From: Octopus bimaculoides
Taxonomy: Eukaryota
DNA: 64,000 bases
NCBI RefSeq assembly: GCF_001194135.2
Contig: NC_068985.1
Span: 501,816 to 565,815 of the forward strand
Direction: 5' to 3'
The notes beneath the pieces are model-generated. The model had not been told where the DNA came from. It saw only the letters and a program-made list of their open reading frames with translations, and made no database searches. Shown piece after piece: positions 27,007 through 40,116 of this stretch (position 1 is its first letter; each line of letters starts with the position of its first letter). Made by a program: the position numbers and the translations under genes.

Positions 27007-27410
27007 CACATATATATACATAAATACACATATATATATATATATATATACATACACATATATATATACACATAAATACACATATATATATATACATATG
27101 TATATACATAAATACACACACATATATATATATATATACACACACATATATACATACATACATATATATATACACACACATATATACATAGATACACACA
27201 TATATATATATATATACACACACATATATACATATCTATAGACATATATATATATATATATAGATACATATATATATTTACTTTTATATATATACATATA
27301 TATGCACATATATATACACATATATGTTTATATATATGTATATAAATATACTTATATATATATATGTATATATGTACATAAACATGTATATATGTATGCA
27401 TGTGTGCGTA

Positions 27411-27455
<45 letters not shown>

Positions 27456-29110
27456 TTATAAACATAGATATATATATGTATGTATATATAATTATATACA
27501 CACACACACACATATTCATATATATATTACATCTGTATGTTATAGCAATATTGATATAGAATGATAGATATACATTTACACAACTATATATTTATGCATA
27601 TAAACTTTACATACTTTTGTATACACATTTATGTATATATACATATATTTACAAATATCCTTAAATATACTCATATTCAAATTTTATAGGAATATATACG
27701 TATATATAAATATAATTATGTGTACATTGTATTCACATATATATGTGTATGTATATATGCATGCACGTACATATACATGTATGAACATAGACACACACAC
27801 ACACACATAACAGTATATATTTAAATATGTGCTTTAATATTGGAAAAAACTCATGCCGATTATTATCATCATCCATATACATGTATGTGTATACTTATAT
27901 ATATAAACACACACATATTTGTGGAAAAAAGCATGCACCTAGACAAGTCTGTTTAATATGTTTCTGTATATGTATAATTATTTACAGCTACATGCAAATA
28001 TGCACGTTTAAGGTAGTCTATAATTCCACCCCACACATAAGATCTGCATATACTTATATGTATATACATGTATATCAATGTATATATCTCTATAGATATC
28101 TATATGCATCTCTCTCTCTCTCTCTCTATATATATATANNNNNNNNNNNNNNNNNNNNNNNNNNNNNNNNNNNNNNNNNNNNNNNNNNNNNNNNNNNNNN
28201 NNNNNNNNNNNNNNNNNNNNNNNNNNNNNNNNNNNNNNNNNNNNNNNNNNNNNNNNNNNNNNNNNNNNNNNNNNNNNNNNNNNNNNNNNNNNNNNNNNNN
28301 NNNNNNNNNNNNNNNNNNNNNNNNNNNNNNNNNNNNNNNNNNNNNNNNNNNNNNNNNNNNNNNNNNNNNNNNNNNNNNNNNNNNNNNNNNNNNNNNNNNN
28401 NNNNNNNNNNNNNNNNNNNNNNNNNNNNNNNNNNNNNNNNNNNNNNNNNNNNNNNNNNNNNNNNNNNNNNNNNNNNNNNNNNNNNNNNNNNNNNNNNNNN
28501 NNNNNNNNNNNNNNNNNNNNNNNNNNNNNNNNNNNNNNNNNNNNNNNCATATATACATATATATACATACATATATATATATATGCAATATACATACATA
28601 TATATATATATACATACACATATATTCATATATACACACACATATATATATACACATATATATACATACACATATATATACATACACATATATATACATA
28701 CACATATATATATACATATACACATATATATATATATACATACACACATATATATATATATACATACACACATATATATATATATACATATATATTCATA
28801 TATGTGCATACACATATACATAAATATATATACATACATATATACATAAATATATATACATACATATATACATAAGTATACACATACATTCATACACATA
28901 TATATAAATATATATACATATATGCACACATATATATATATTCATATATAAATAAGTATATACAAATATAATATATATATATATAATATATATATATATA
29001 CAAATATAATATATATATATATATACATACATGTATATGTATACACACATACATATACACACCAGCGTTCTCGCACACATGCTCGCGCAAACACTCACGC
29101 ACGCACACAT
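26490..29110. repeat. Long compound (TA)/(CA)/(TACA) microsatellite field
   Basis: Direct reading. Shorter tracts of the same kind occur throughout the window (e.g. 480-850, 9290-9420, 19880-20210, 44520-45046). Confidence 0.95.
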
Positions 29111-30056
29111 AAAGATGAATGCATCATGCATGGAAGAAATAATTTCTCATCACACACAGAGAAACTCTCACACACGTTGAAAGATGGACACACAAAAGGG
29201 AAACACACACACAGAGACAGAGGTACGTGTGTAACTAGCATTGCAGATGCCTTCATGTGGCTCTATGCATTCGTGTATATTAATATATTGCCATACATCT
29301 ACAGATATATATATATATGCATACTGAAAGTGGTATACATACATACACACTTACATACATACATACATACACACTTACATGTATGTATGTACGTTTGTAT
29401 GTATGTATATGTATATACATACATACAATACACAGGTATTTATCTCTGCACCTACAAGGTGTGTGTGTGTGTGTGTGTTTATATTCCTTTGTCCGTGTAT
29501 ATGAACATATACTTATAGATTCCTACTTGTGTATGTTTTTTTCTATACGTACATACATACATACATACATATACATAATACTTACATACATACAAAGATA
29601 CATAAGTACATACGTATATACGCACATACATACATAAGTACATACGTACATACATACATAAGTACATACGTACATACATACATACAGGTAAATACATAGA
29701 TTCTTCAATTTTCCTATGTAAGCAGATACGTATTTGCATACGTCGATATACGTCTCTCTCTCTCTCTTTATATATATGTAGTTATATGTGTGTATGTATG
29801 ATGTGTGTGTGTGTGTGTGTGTGTGTACTTATAGAGAGAGCGAGTCAGGAGGCAGGAATTACATAATTGTGCATCTATGCATGGGTGTGATCATGTGTGC
29901 GTGTTTACTCACTCACACACACATATATTTATGTATGTATGTATATACATATAAATGCATGTTTATATGCATGCATGTATGTGGTCATGTATATACACCA
30001 AACGTATTATTCCTATTCATCACATATGACATGCCTCTCCTCATCACAGATACGTT

Positions 30057-30122
<66 letters not shown>

Positions 30123-30973
30123 CTCTACCAGCAAATTGATATTTCCTTGTCACAGAGAAACTATAATGCTCCGCTGTCGTTAGTCAATCCTTTTTCTCTA
30201 TTTCCCTCCCGAGTTCAAATCCCACCGACGTCAGCTCTATATTCTATTCCTCCTATTGCGATCAATGAAGGTACCAGTGATGTTCTGGAGTCAATTGTCT
30301 ACCCCCACCCCCCTTCGGTATCAGTCATATTTACGCGTGTGTATATGTTTGTTGTGCATGTGTGTGTGTGTGTGTGTGTACATATGTATAAATCTGTTTA
30401 TGTGGATGTGCACGCGCGCGCGCGGTTATGTATAGATGCTGTTCGTAAGTATGTCTACATACATGCATTTATACATATGTACATGCATGTATAGACATAT
30501 ATGTATATATACGTACGCACATGCTTATATACTTACAAACATGAATCCACACACACACACACACACACATTATGATAGGTGGGTGGGTAGGGAGAGAGGG
30601 AGGGAGGGAGGTAGACATGAAAAAGTGATGTGTTTTATGTAGCGACAACGATGTTACTGATAGCGGTGGTGGTGGTGGTGATGATGATGATGGTGGTGAT
30701 AGTGGTGGTGGTGAGCACGATGGTGATGATGATGACGATGATGGTGATGATAACAGGTTTGAAGTTACTGATTGCATCGTGTTTATCTTTAGTTGTTTGC
30801 ATAGTGAGATGTTGTTGTTATTGTAGATGTTGTGTCGTTGATTATCATCATCATTATTATTATTGCTGCTGTTGTTGTTGTTGTTGTTGTGATTGTTGTG
30901 TTTATTGTTGTGAAAAACAAAACAAAAAACAAAAAAACAAAAAAAAAAACGAAAGGGCTGCCGCTGCACTTAC

Positions 30974-31094
30974 TTGAAATGTTACTCCACATAAGCTCGT
31001 CATCCTGAGCGGAAGTTGCAGCGAGGAGAGAAAGCAACATGACAGCTAGCACCAGGAAAAGTAAATCCATGGAAGGGAGACTCCCTGCAAGCAT
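30974..31094 (-). CDS. First coding exon of an unidentified secreted or membrane protein (signal peptide)
   Basis: Reads MLAGSLPSMDLLFLVLAVMLLSLLAATSA/QDDELMWSNIS: hydrophobic core, small residues at -3/-1 (T-S-A), acidic mature start. 121 nt (40 codons + 1) ends at a perfect phase-1 donor A|GTAAGT (plus-strand acttac, 30968-30973). In-frame TGA five codons upstream of the ATG. Second ATG at 31070 (tccATGG) is an alternative start. Confidence 0.75.
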
Positions 31095-31149
31095 GAAAGA
31101 ACATTGGCAAATTCAGCACCAACAATAAAACAAGCTGCCGTCAACATGT

Positions 31150-31230
31150 GATGTCGCTTGATAATAGCCTACTGCCGAGTAATTGACATGCATATATGTC
31201 AGCTGATTAGCCAATCAGAACGCGCCTTTT
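31150..31230 (-). promoter_or_regulatory. Candidate core promoter of the signal-peptide gene
   Basis: AGCCAATCAG (NF-Y consensus) at 31209-31218 within quasi-palindrome CTGATTAGCCAATCAG. TATA-like GACATATATG on the minus strand at 31191-31200, about 100 nt upstream of the ATG. CpG-rich unique sequence. Confidence 0.5.
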
Positions 31231-32067
31231 AATTGCTCATCATCCTTCTACAGAGTCAGCTGCACATCGACGGCGACAGTGGCGACGGAGGAGCAGGAGC
31301 AGGAGCAGGAGGAGGTGCGGCTTGCGTTGCTGTTGACGATGATGATGATGCTTCTGATAATAGTGGCAGTAGTAGTAGTTGTAATGATTGTGATGGCGGT
31401 GGTGGTGGTGATGATGATGATGATGATAGTAGGGGTAGCGGCAGTAGTAGTAGTGATATATTGCGAGTAACTGTAGTGGTCGTAGTAAAGTTCATGGAGG
31501 TAAATACGTCGTCAATGATGATGAGGGGGGGGGGTGCTGTTGTTGTTGTTGTTGTTAAGGGTGGTAGCGGTAGTGTGTTTGGTGGTGGTGATGGTGTTGC
31601 TGCTGCTAGTTGAAGTAGTGGTGGTGAGAGGAGTAATAGCGGTGGCGGTGGCGGCGGTGGCGGAGAGCACCAATGATAATGTTAACGATGATGATGCACG
31701 CACGTAGTGATGACGATGACGATGACGATGATGATGATGATGATGACGGTGGTAGTAACGTGGTAATGACAGTGTTGACGCTAACAACAGCAGCAGTGAT
31801 GATGATGATGATGATGATGGTGAAGATGGTTGTTATTGCTGCTGCTGCTGAAGGTGTTGGTCACAATGGTGTTGACAATAGTGATTGTGATGAGCAAAAT
31901 AAAGATGGTGATGACGACGGGGGTGGGCGTGGTAGTTGTGGTGGAAGCAGCAGCAGTAGTAGTAGTAGTAGTAAGTAAATTCAACGTGCACGCACTCGTA
32001 AGTGGAAGGAGGGGGTGGAGGTGGGTGCAGTGAGGAGGAAAAAAAAGACAGAAAGTGAGAAATATTG

Positions 32068-32100
<33 letters not shown>

Positions 32101-33089
32101 TAAAGAGAGAGAGAGAGAGAAAGAGAGAGAGAGTAACTGAGAGAGGGAGAGAGAGAGAATTGGTGACGGCTGCACTATAGCAGCGCAGCACGTCACAATG
32201 ATGGCAAATAGAAGCGTGGCAGCAACATCAACAACAACAAGAACAAGAAGAGGAGAGTGGTTGGATCTGTGGGTGGTTGAATGTGTGGGGTACTTGTTTT
32301 GTTAGTAGCGGTGGTGGGTGGGTGGGTGGTTAGGGTAGGGATGCTGATGCTATTCGCAGAGGTGATAACCACTAGTTTGTTCAAGGGATTTAGAAGTTGT
32401 AGCGATGGTAACCATAGCCTTGCTGTTGTTGTTGTTGTTATCTGATGTTTGTTTCTTTAGACAACCCTAAATGAGTTGACCTATGATGGAAGACAGTCCA
32501 CGCATGACGATTCCATCGTTTATTTCATGCAATCTTTGTCCAATGTGTACTTTCCTTTATTAAATTATAGTGTGGTGGTGTGATGGAGTTTGGCTGCTAT
32601 TTCTAGCTGGTCGAGCGCGTCATCTAACAACACTGTGGCTTTGAATAAAACTGACTTTAGACAACGGAACACAATCGCCCTTTTTTTTTGCTAGTAATCG
32701 CAGCTAAATTTACCAAAGTTACATTCTACTGTTTTTTTAAAAGATATTATCTAAAGTAAACCAAGGTATATTGTTTGATAAAATCAATATCGACGGGATG
32801 GTCATGGTTTGAAATTTTTCTTTCTTTTTTTTTTATAGATTTGTCCAATCGTGACTGACCTGAGGCATTAGAAGTGCTTCTTGTAATGGTTACTGAGCTA
32901 GTATTGGTGGTGGTGGTGGTGGTGGTGGTATTTTTGAGATTTCAGAAAGTTGAAATAAATACAATTTCTATGTTGTTGGTGAGAGAGGGTGGATCTAGTG
33001 TGGCTTCTGCTGCTGTTGATGATGATGATGATCATGGTGATGGAGACCTCCCCCACCTGAAGTATGCGCGCGTGTGTCTGTACATGCTT

Positions 33090-33126
<37 letters not shown>

Positions 33127-34119
33127 TCGTACACTTGCATGAATCGTGATTGCACACACACACAAACGCACACACAGAGTTGAGTGTTCTGCGTCCGCTT
33201 TCACCCATTCCTGTGAGCCAACATGCACGCGGGTTCGCGTGCGTGACACTGTAAGAACGACAGGCAACGTTGAAGATGTCGGTGTCTGTTACAAGTCAAT
33301 GGGGCTGAGTGTGGCGGTGGCGGGGCTGGAAGATTCACTGGAGACGGTCAGTCAGTGAGAACTTGTAGCAGGCGTGTTCCACGCGCGCGCGCGCGCGCAC
33401 ACAGCGAATGAGAAAGGGCGGGGAGGGAGGAGGAGGAGGAGACAGTTAACCTTATGAGAAATATGACAAAATAATTGTTTCTTCTACAAGCAGGAAGCAT
33501 GAGATGTTTAGAAAAGAGGAAACGTCAAGTTGAACGCTCACGCTTCTTCGCAAGAGCAAAAGCCGCCTAAGTGAAGTTAAATGTCTGCGAGCGTGTGTTG
33601 AAACCGGGGCCGTAAGAACGTATTAATCTCCGAAATTGACCCCCGAGGTTACAAAAATTCTGAGGAGAAAGAATAATCGATTAAACCAATCACCAGTATA
33701 TGACTGGGTTTTTTTTTTATACTATCGAACTCGGAAGTCTGAACAGTAAATCGATCGCAGCGAAGTTTGAACACAAAAGAGATCCATTATTATTTGGTGG
33801 GTAGGAGCGATGGCGTTCTCAAGGAACTCTAGACGTCGATGAGGGTGGTCTAGTTTGGAGGGCGTTTAGGCCGGTACTAATATGAATAACTTCCAGAAAT
33901 CCCTGGCCTGGCACTGCCAGTTCGAGATAAACCCTACAGGTACGGTAGCGCCGTCAGGTGTTACTGCCGTGAAGCACGCAGAGCGACGAAACCATTCTGC
34001 GCGCGCACGCACAGTGTCCGAATATTGCTGACCTGTTGAGTTATGTGGAACAGCTGTTATCGCGTGTAGGACGATTCCGACTCTCGGCTGAATCAATCAT
34101 GCGCATCGCCACCACCCAC

Positions 34120-34380
34120 CTTTAACAAGGCAGAGCAGCTGGGTTTCCTCTGCTAAGAGGCTATGGCGAAAGGGGCTGTGTGATAGAGGAAGCTGAAATG
34201 ATTGAGAGAAAGATGCCTTCCTCTTCGGTCAAACTCTCATCGCCTTTTTTAAAGTTCCACTTGGCAAGGAAAGCGAGGATGGAGAGAGAAGCGAATTTAT
34301 GAAAAGACGGGTGACTGGCAAAAATGGTTAGAATGAATGGACCTACTTTAGATATGTACCTGCAGATTGGAGAACACGAG
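34120..34380 (+). mobile_element. L1/Tx1-like LINE ORF2 C-terminal fragment
   Basis: AMAKGAV**RKLK*L (decayed AMAKE..WWTRLKGL), GQTLIAFF, KFHLARKARMERE, AKMVRMNGPTL; assignment from recalled family peptides. Confidence 0.6.
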
Positions 34381-34669
34381 AAATGACTTGTACCTTTGGT
34401 AGTCAAAGAAATCCTGGATCTGTGGTGTTACTTGTTTGGCCCTAGCTGGAGTTTCTTCAGTCTCAGGAGGACTGCATCATTCATGTCATCACACACTTTG
34501 TATTCTATGGATATTCATCTCCTTTCAACTACTTTGCCATTTCTTTCTCTCCATTCTTTATGTAAGTCCCCACACAAACCGTTGCCTGTCCTTGTGATGT
34601 ACCCTTCATCTCAGCCTCTGGGACTAATAAAAGCAATTCTTCTTCTTCTTCTTGAGCATTGCTGACTTG

Positions 34670-34890
34670 AACGGATCTGTCTGTCGACCGGGTCTGTAGT
34701 GATGATCGCCCCACTGCACTTCTTCAGTCGGCCGGGCAAGGGCAGTTTTAATTTGCCTGGTGGCTGTGGCGAAAGAAGTTATTTGGTGGACAAGGCTGAA
34801 AGGCTTGGGAAAGGAAATGGAGAATGACGAGTGAAGTGCTGTCCTCGGGTGGGTTTATTGAAAGGTGGGTCGGAGAGAAAGAACTGGAGA
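34670..34890 (+). mobile_element. Second L1/Tx1-like ORF2 C-terminal fragment
   Basis: LICLVAVAKEVIWWTRLKGL followed by EVLSSGGFIERWV in a shifted frame. Confidence 0.6.
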
Positions 34891-35193
34891 GGGCACTTGT
34901 TCCTGGGGTTTCAGGGACAATGGGGTTCCTCGATTATCCCTAGAAGCCTTCCTGTATCAGGAGGGCCACATCTCTATCATCCTCCCTGCCACAGTTTTAT
35001 TATTTAAAAAAAGATTTTTTTTTAACCTTTCTATGTTCGGCATATGTCCCCTTCTTTTTCAGTGTGCACTTTCTTTCTTGCCCTCTTTTTATATGAATAT
35101 ATTTTTTATCATTTCATTCTACGTAAACCCCAACACTTTATGTCTGTCTTTATATTGTCCCCCTCCTCCTTTGCCCATGTGGAAAATAAATCA

Positions 35194-35206
35194 TTATTAT
35201 TATTAT

Positions 35207-35271
<65 letters not shown>

Positions 35272-35275
35272 TAAT
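35194..35275. repeat. (TAT)n/(TAC)n trinucleotide repeat
   Basis: Direct reading; gives poly-Y/poly-L ORFs. Confidence 0.95.
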
Positions 35276-35293
35276 AAGGAAGCAAGCTAGCAA

Positions 35294-35505
35294 GGTGGCA
35301 AGCTAGGAGAATCGTTAGGGGGCCGGGCGAAGTGCTTAGCGGTATTTCGTCCGTCTTTACGTTCTTAGTTCAAATTCCGCCCAGGTCGACTTTACATGTC
35401 ATCCTTTCGGGATCGATAAATTAAGTACCAGAGAAACACTTGGGTCAATTTAATCGACTAGTCCACTCTCCACAAATTTCAGGCCTTGTGCCTTTAGTAG
35501 AAAGG
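35294..35505 (+). mobile_element. tRNA-derived SINE
   Basis: ggtggcaagctaggagaatcgttag...ttagttcaaattccgcc (B-box)...gataaattaagtaccag...ccttgtgcctttagtagaaag, ending in (ATT)n. Confidence 0.8.
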
Positions 35506-35589
35506 ATTATTGTTATTATTATTGGGGCGTCCACAGACGATCTAGATGAGATATTATTATTATTATCATTATTATTTTCATTGCCTTTG

Positions 35590-35781
35590 CACAGCTTCTA
35601 ACACTGGAGATGTACTACAGCGTCAGCTGTTCACAATCAGTGAACTAAGGTAACATCTCTTATTTTTCGAGCACCATCCGGAGTATTCGAGCGGTTCCAA
35701 GCAGTGCTGTTTTCTGCAATTGCTCCACCCTTATTGCAGCCCCTATTAGTTCCACATACTTCTCGAGATTTTTGCCCACTG

Positions 35782-35790
<9 letters not shown>
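35590..35790 (-). mobile_element. R4/Dong-type LINE C-terminal fragment
   Basis: Minus strand VGKNLEKYVELIGAAIRVEQLQKTALLGTARILRMVLEK* with an AT-rich simple tail. Confidence 0.65.
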
Positions 35791-35812
<22 letters not shown>

Positions 35813-35889
35813 CCGTGTGACATTAATGGTATGAGTAATTTAGTTTCAGCCAGGTATCGAAACAGAGGGGAAGATTCATTGCCTAACGT

Positions 35890-36180
35890 TGTCACCTATT
35901 AGCAGTATAAGTAGGATTTCCTTTTTTCAACCCAAATATCGATAATAACAGCCGATTATCAGACTGTAGCCGAAATCTTCTACCGTGCAAAAATCTGTGA
36001 AATTTTTTCGCTTGAGTTTCTTTCTCGATTTGACTAAATTTTTTCTGCTGATATCGGAGAACGTGAGGCACGAACCACCGCCTCCATGTTGCCATCTTTT
36101 TATTTATGTAGCTCCTATTCCGTACTTAGAAGCGTCTGACGCTTCAACAATCTCCGCCGCAGGATCGAAGTGAACTAACG
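35890..36180 (-). mobile_element. Gypsy/Ty3 pol RNase H fragment
   Basis: DPAAEIVEASDASKYGIGA, then KFSQIEKE..KKFHRFLHGRRFRLQSDNRLLLSIFGLKKGNPTYTANR (ORF 35892-36095). Confidence 0.85.
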
Positions 36181-38069
36181 ATAAATCAGATATTAATGTA
36201 TTTTTTTTAAAATTTCATCAAACGCTTTTTGCCAATTTTCTGACCAATTTTTTTCCTATCCTTTTTCAGCAATTTATTCGGTGGAGCCTTAACCTTATGC
36301 ATATTTGGGGTATAATTCTGGTAATAATTATACACACGCACACACACACACACACACACATACATATATATATATGTGTGTACATACACATATATACATA
36401 CATATATATGTGTGCGTACATACACATATACATACATACATATATGTGTGCGTACATACACATATACATACATACATACATACGTACTTACATGCATACA
36501 TACATACATACATACATACATACATACATACACATATATATATATATATATACATACATACATATACCTATACATATNNNNNNNNNNNNNNNNNNNNNNN
36601 NNNNNNNNNNNNNNNNNNNNNNNNNNNNNNNNNNNNNNNNNNNNNNNNNNNNNNNNNNNNNNNNNNNNNNNNNNNNNNNNNNNNNNNNNNNNNNNNNNNN
36701 NNNNNNNNNNNNNNNNNNNNNNNNNNNNNNNNNNNNNNNNNNNNNNNNNNNNNNNNNNNNNNNNNNNNTATATATATATATATATATATATATGCACGTA
36801 CATACATACATACATGTGTGTGTATAATGCACAATATATGGATTTATCTAATCTGGTGGTATTCACGAAAAGAAAATAAGCTCCTTTAGTGGACCAGGCT
36901 GCAAATCACATCGGGAATTAATACGTAGGAGTGTAATGTAGATTATTTGATAGGGAGTATAAAGAATATTTAAAAAGTCAGGAGTTGTGAGATGGATATA
37001 TTCATAGAGTCCATTTTAAAAATATATACCCAGTTCTCTTATACGATTATTTTGTATCTTTCTAAACACTCTTAAATTAGTTCATCTCACCGTTTCCCCT
37101 TCTCATAATTTTCACCATATTTTGTTCTGTTTTTACTTCATCTAGCTCAGTCTACTCCGACCTGACAGTTCTAGTTTTCTTCCTCTCTCTCTCTCATTCT
37201 TGTTTAACTTCTACTTTATTTCTCGTTTTGTTGATATTACTCTCTATATTTCTAGAAAATATATATTAGCGACAGAGGCAGTATTAACACCGGGAGGTAA
37301 TACTTTCTCTCGCCTAAACGTGGATGTTTGGTTAGAATAAACTCTATTGCGATAGATACCATGAGAGAGATTCTCTCATACTGGCTTTTGGCGCAAAATG
37401 CACGCTTGTTTTTATCGCTAGCAGGGAGATTAACCCCCGCCAAATCCAACTTCGAGACTACCAGATTATGTGATTTCGACCTTCTTTGGTCTCATCGACC
37501 GCTAGAGATAACAGTATCTCATCTCTCCGTTATCCATAAACACCATATCTGCAAACTTCTCTCTCATTCATTTATACCTCAACTTTCTTTTCTCTCTCTA
37601 TTATTAATACTTCTGTTATTAACTCACCTCTCTCTCTCTCTCTCTTTCTCCATCACCACTATTCATTGTTTCCTTTTAAATATCTTACTAAATCTCCTTT
37701 CCTCCCCTCTACAATAATTTCTTTTGGGCATTATTGTTTTCCATACACAAACATCTTGAAGATGATTTTTTTTTTGTCCTTGTATACTGGAGTTGAAAAA
37801 TTGATGTAACCATGATATTCTATTGATTTGAAGAGCCAGCCTTTTATAACTGCATTCGTTTGCAAAATATACAATAGTACTATGCAATTCATAGCATGCA
37901 TACAAGTGCAGACATGTAAAATGACTTATTATGCACGAAAATAAATTATTTTTGTAGGATCTTGCTTCGAAACGGCCGTCATCCTACAGATATCAACTGA
38001 TGAACAAAATATATTCATCTCATATCTCCTGACTTTCTTTATATAAACACACACACACACACACACACA

Positions 38070-38776
38070 TGGGGGAGTGTCAAAAATTATACGCACATTA
38101 CTTTTTATAATGTATTTACACAAAAGCAGCAGATAAACAAGTACGTCAATATAATCTCCTTCCTTTTCAATGCATTTGGTCCAGCGGTCCACAAGCTTGC
38201 ATATTCCCTCCAAGAAGAAGGTTTTCGGTTGGTCGTGCAACCATTTATGCACCGCTTCCTTCACATCTTTGTAGGAAACTGACAACCTCGTAAACCAGCT
38301 TTGAGCGGTCCAAAGATATGATGATGGTCAGAAGGGGTGAGATCTGGGCTGTAGAACGGGTGTTCCAACATCTCAAAACCCAATTAGTTAATGGTTTCAA
38401 CGGTCTGGGCTGCCGTGTGTGGGCGTGCATTTTCATGCACCAACAAAACTTTCTTCGACGATAGGCTTCGGCGTTTGGTGCCGATTGCTTCCGTTCGTTT
38501 CGTTGGCCAGCAACGCACTGTAACTTGCATTGTCGATCGTACACCTTTTTTCCAGAGAAATCGGATCACAGCTTTGTATTCTTCTTTGATGCACATTGCT
38601 AATGGAGCGGTCATGCTTACATTGTAAAGCCAGAAAGAAATATATGGCACAATTAGACACAAACTTCGATCATGTGACCACAACAGTACCACCTACAGGC
38701 CCGCATATGTAGAAGGTAGTGTAACAACAATAGTTATGTTATGGTGAAAGAGCGGATAATTTTTGACTTCCCCTCG
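38070..38776 (-). mobile_element. Internally deleted mariner element
   Basis: TIRs CGAGGGGAAGTCAAAAATTATCCGC / TGGGGGAGTGTCAAAAATTATACGC; MTAPLAMCIKEEYKAVIRFLWKKGV, VLLVHENARPHTAAQT, HPFYSPDLTPSD, KEAVHKWLHDQPKTFFLEGICKLVDRWTKCIEKEGDYID. Confidence 0.9.
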
Positions 38777-39399
38777 TATATATNNNNNNNNNNNNNNNNN
38801 NNNNNNNNNNNNNNNNNNNNNNNNNNNNNNNNNNNNNNNNNNNNNNNNNNNNNNNNNNNNNNNNNNNNNNNNNNNNNNNNNNNNNNNNNNNNNNNNNNNN
38901 NNNNNNNNNNNNNNNNNNNNNNNNNNNNNNNNNNNNNNNNNNNNNNNNNNNNNNNNNNNNNNNNNNNNNNNNNNNNNNNNNNNNNNNNNNNNNNNNNNNN
39001 NNNNNNNNNNNNNNNNNNNNNNNNNNNNNNNNNNNNNNNNNNNNNNNNNNNNNNNNNNNNNNNNNNNNNNNNNNNNNNNNNNNNNNNNNNNNNNNNNNNN
39101 NNNNNNNNNNNNNNNNNNNNNNNNNNNNNNNNNNNNNNNNNNNNNNNNNNNNNNNNNNNNATACATATATATATATATATATAACACACACACATATATA
39201 TATATATACACACACATATATATATATATACACACACATACATATATATAACACACACATATATATATATAACACACACACACACACACATATATAACAC
39301 ACACACACACACATATATATATATAACACACACATATAACACACACACACACACACGCACATATATATATTTCCTGTTGACGAAAATAAATTGTGTTGC

Positions 39400-39880
39400 A
39401 GTGAATTTATGTGTTGGGATCCTGAATAGTGTAGGGGACATATGGTACCTGGTCTTAGTCTTAGATGAATTCTGAAACTAACGTCAAGCTCATTTGGGCA
39501 ATGCTGGTGGTATATTATCCACATTGTGCAAAGAGTGTAGCACTCACGGCAGCCCTGCAGAGAATAAATTTGCAATGTTTTAAGGCGGTCCCAATAATCT
39601 AGATATCACCCACATCATAAGCAGTTGTCAGAATATGTTATCGCGGTATTATCTACTGATGAGACATGATTTTGTAGCTTGGACATGTTATAACGAGATC
39701 TGTCAGAAGGATAAGCCCGAGGACAAAGAAATAAGAACCCACAGTATAGTGGAAGCCATAGCCTCTTCATAATAAAAAGGAATACCGGTGGAAGGCCCCA
39801 GTGAAGACCTCAATAACATGTAGACACAACAGACCTAGTGTTAATTCTTGAGGCTTCGGAGTACTTTTGACTCCTCTTTT
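39400..39880 (-). mobile_element. CR1-like LINE 3' fragment (second subfamily)
   Basis: LDYWDRLKTLQIYSLQGCRECYTLCTMWIIYHQHCPNEL. Confidence 0.7.
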
Positions 39881-40005
39881 TAGCAAAGCTTGTGCTTCAT
39901 AGCGCGCTTGTTATATATAATAACTCTTATATATTATCTATTAATTTTGCCTATGTGCTTTTAAGCTTGCAGCCTCTAACATTATTATCTCTCATGAATA
40001 TTAAT

Positions 40006-40050
<45 letters not shown>

Positions 40051-40060
40051 NNNNNNNNNN

Positions 40061-40104
<44 letters not shown>

Positions 40105-40116
40105 GACCTCCTACCT

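Larger units (their letters stand above)
30640..32000. repeat. Trinucleotide low-complexity tracts (GAT/GGT/GCT/GTT/GAC) flanking the exon and promoter
   Basis: Direct reading; source of the poly-D/G/S/V/M/H ORFs in the track. Confidence 0.9.

Noticed and set aside
29597-29690. 24-bp tandem units (cataagtacatacgtacatacata)
   Set aside because: Higher-order derivative of a (TACA)n microsatellite; no unique spacers, so not CRISPR-like.
31233-32196. Poly-D/G/S/H/V ORFs near the promoter
   Set aside because: Trinucleotide low-complexity DNA open in several frames on both strands; no domain or splice support.
34680-34790. Apparent Gypsy gag zinc knuckle on the minus strand
   Set aside because: The plus strand gives a clearer L1/Tx1-like motif (VAVAKEVIWWTRLKGL).
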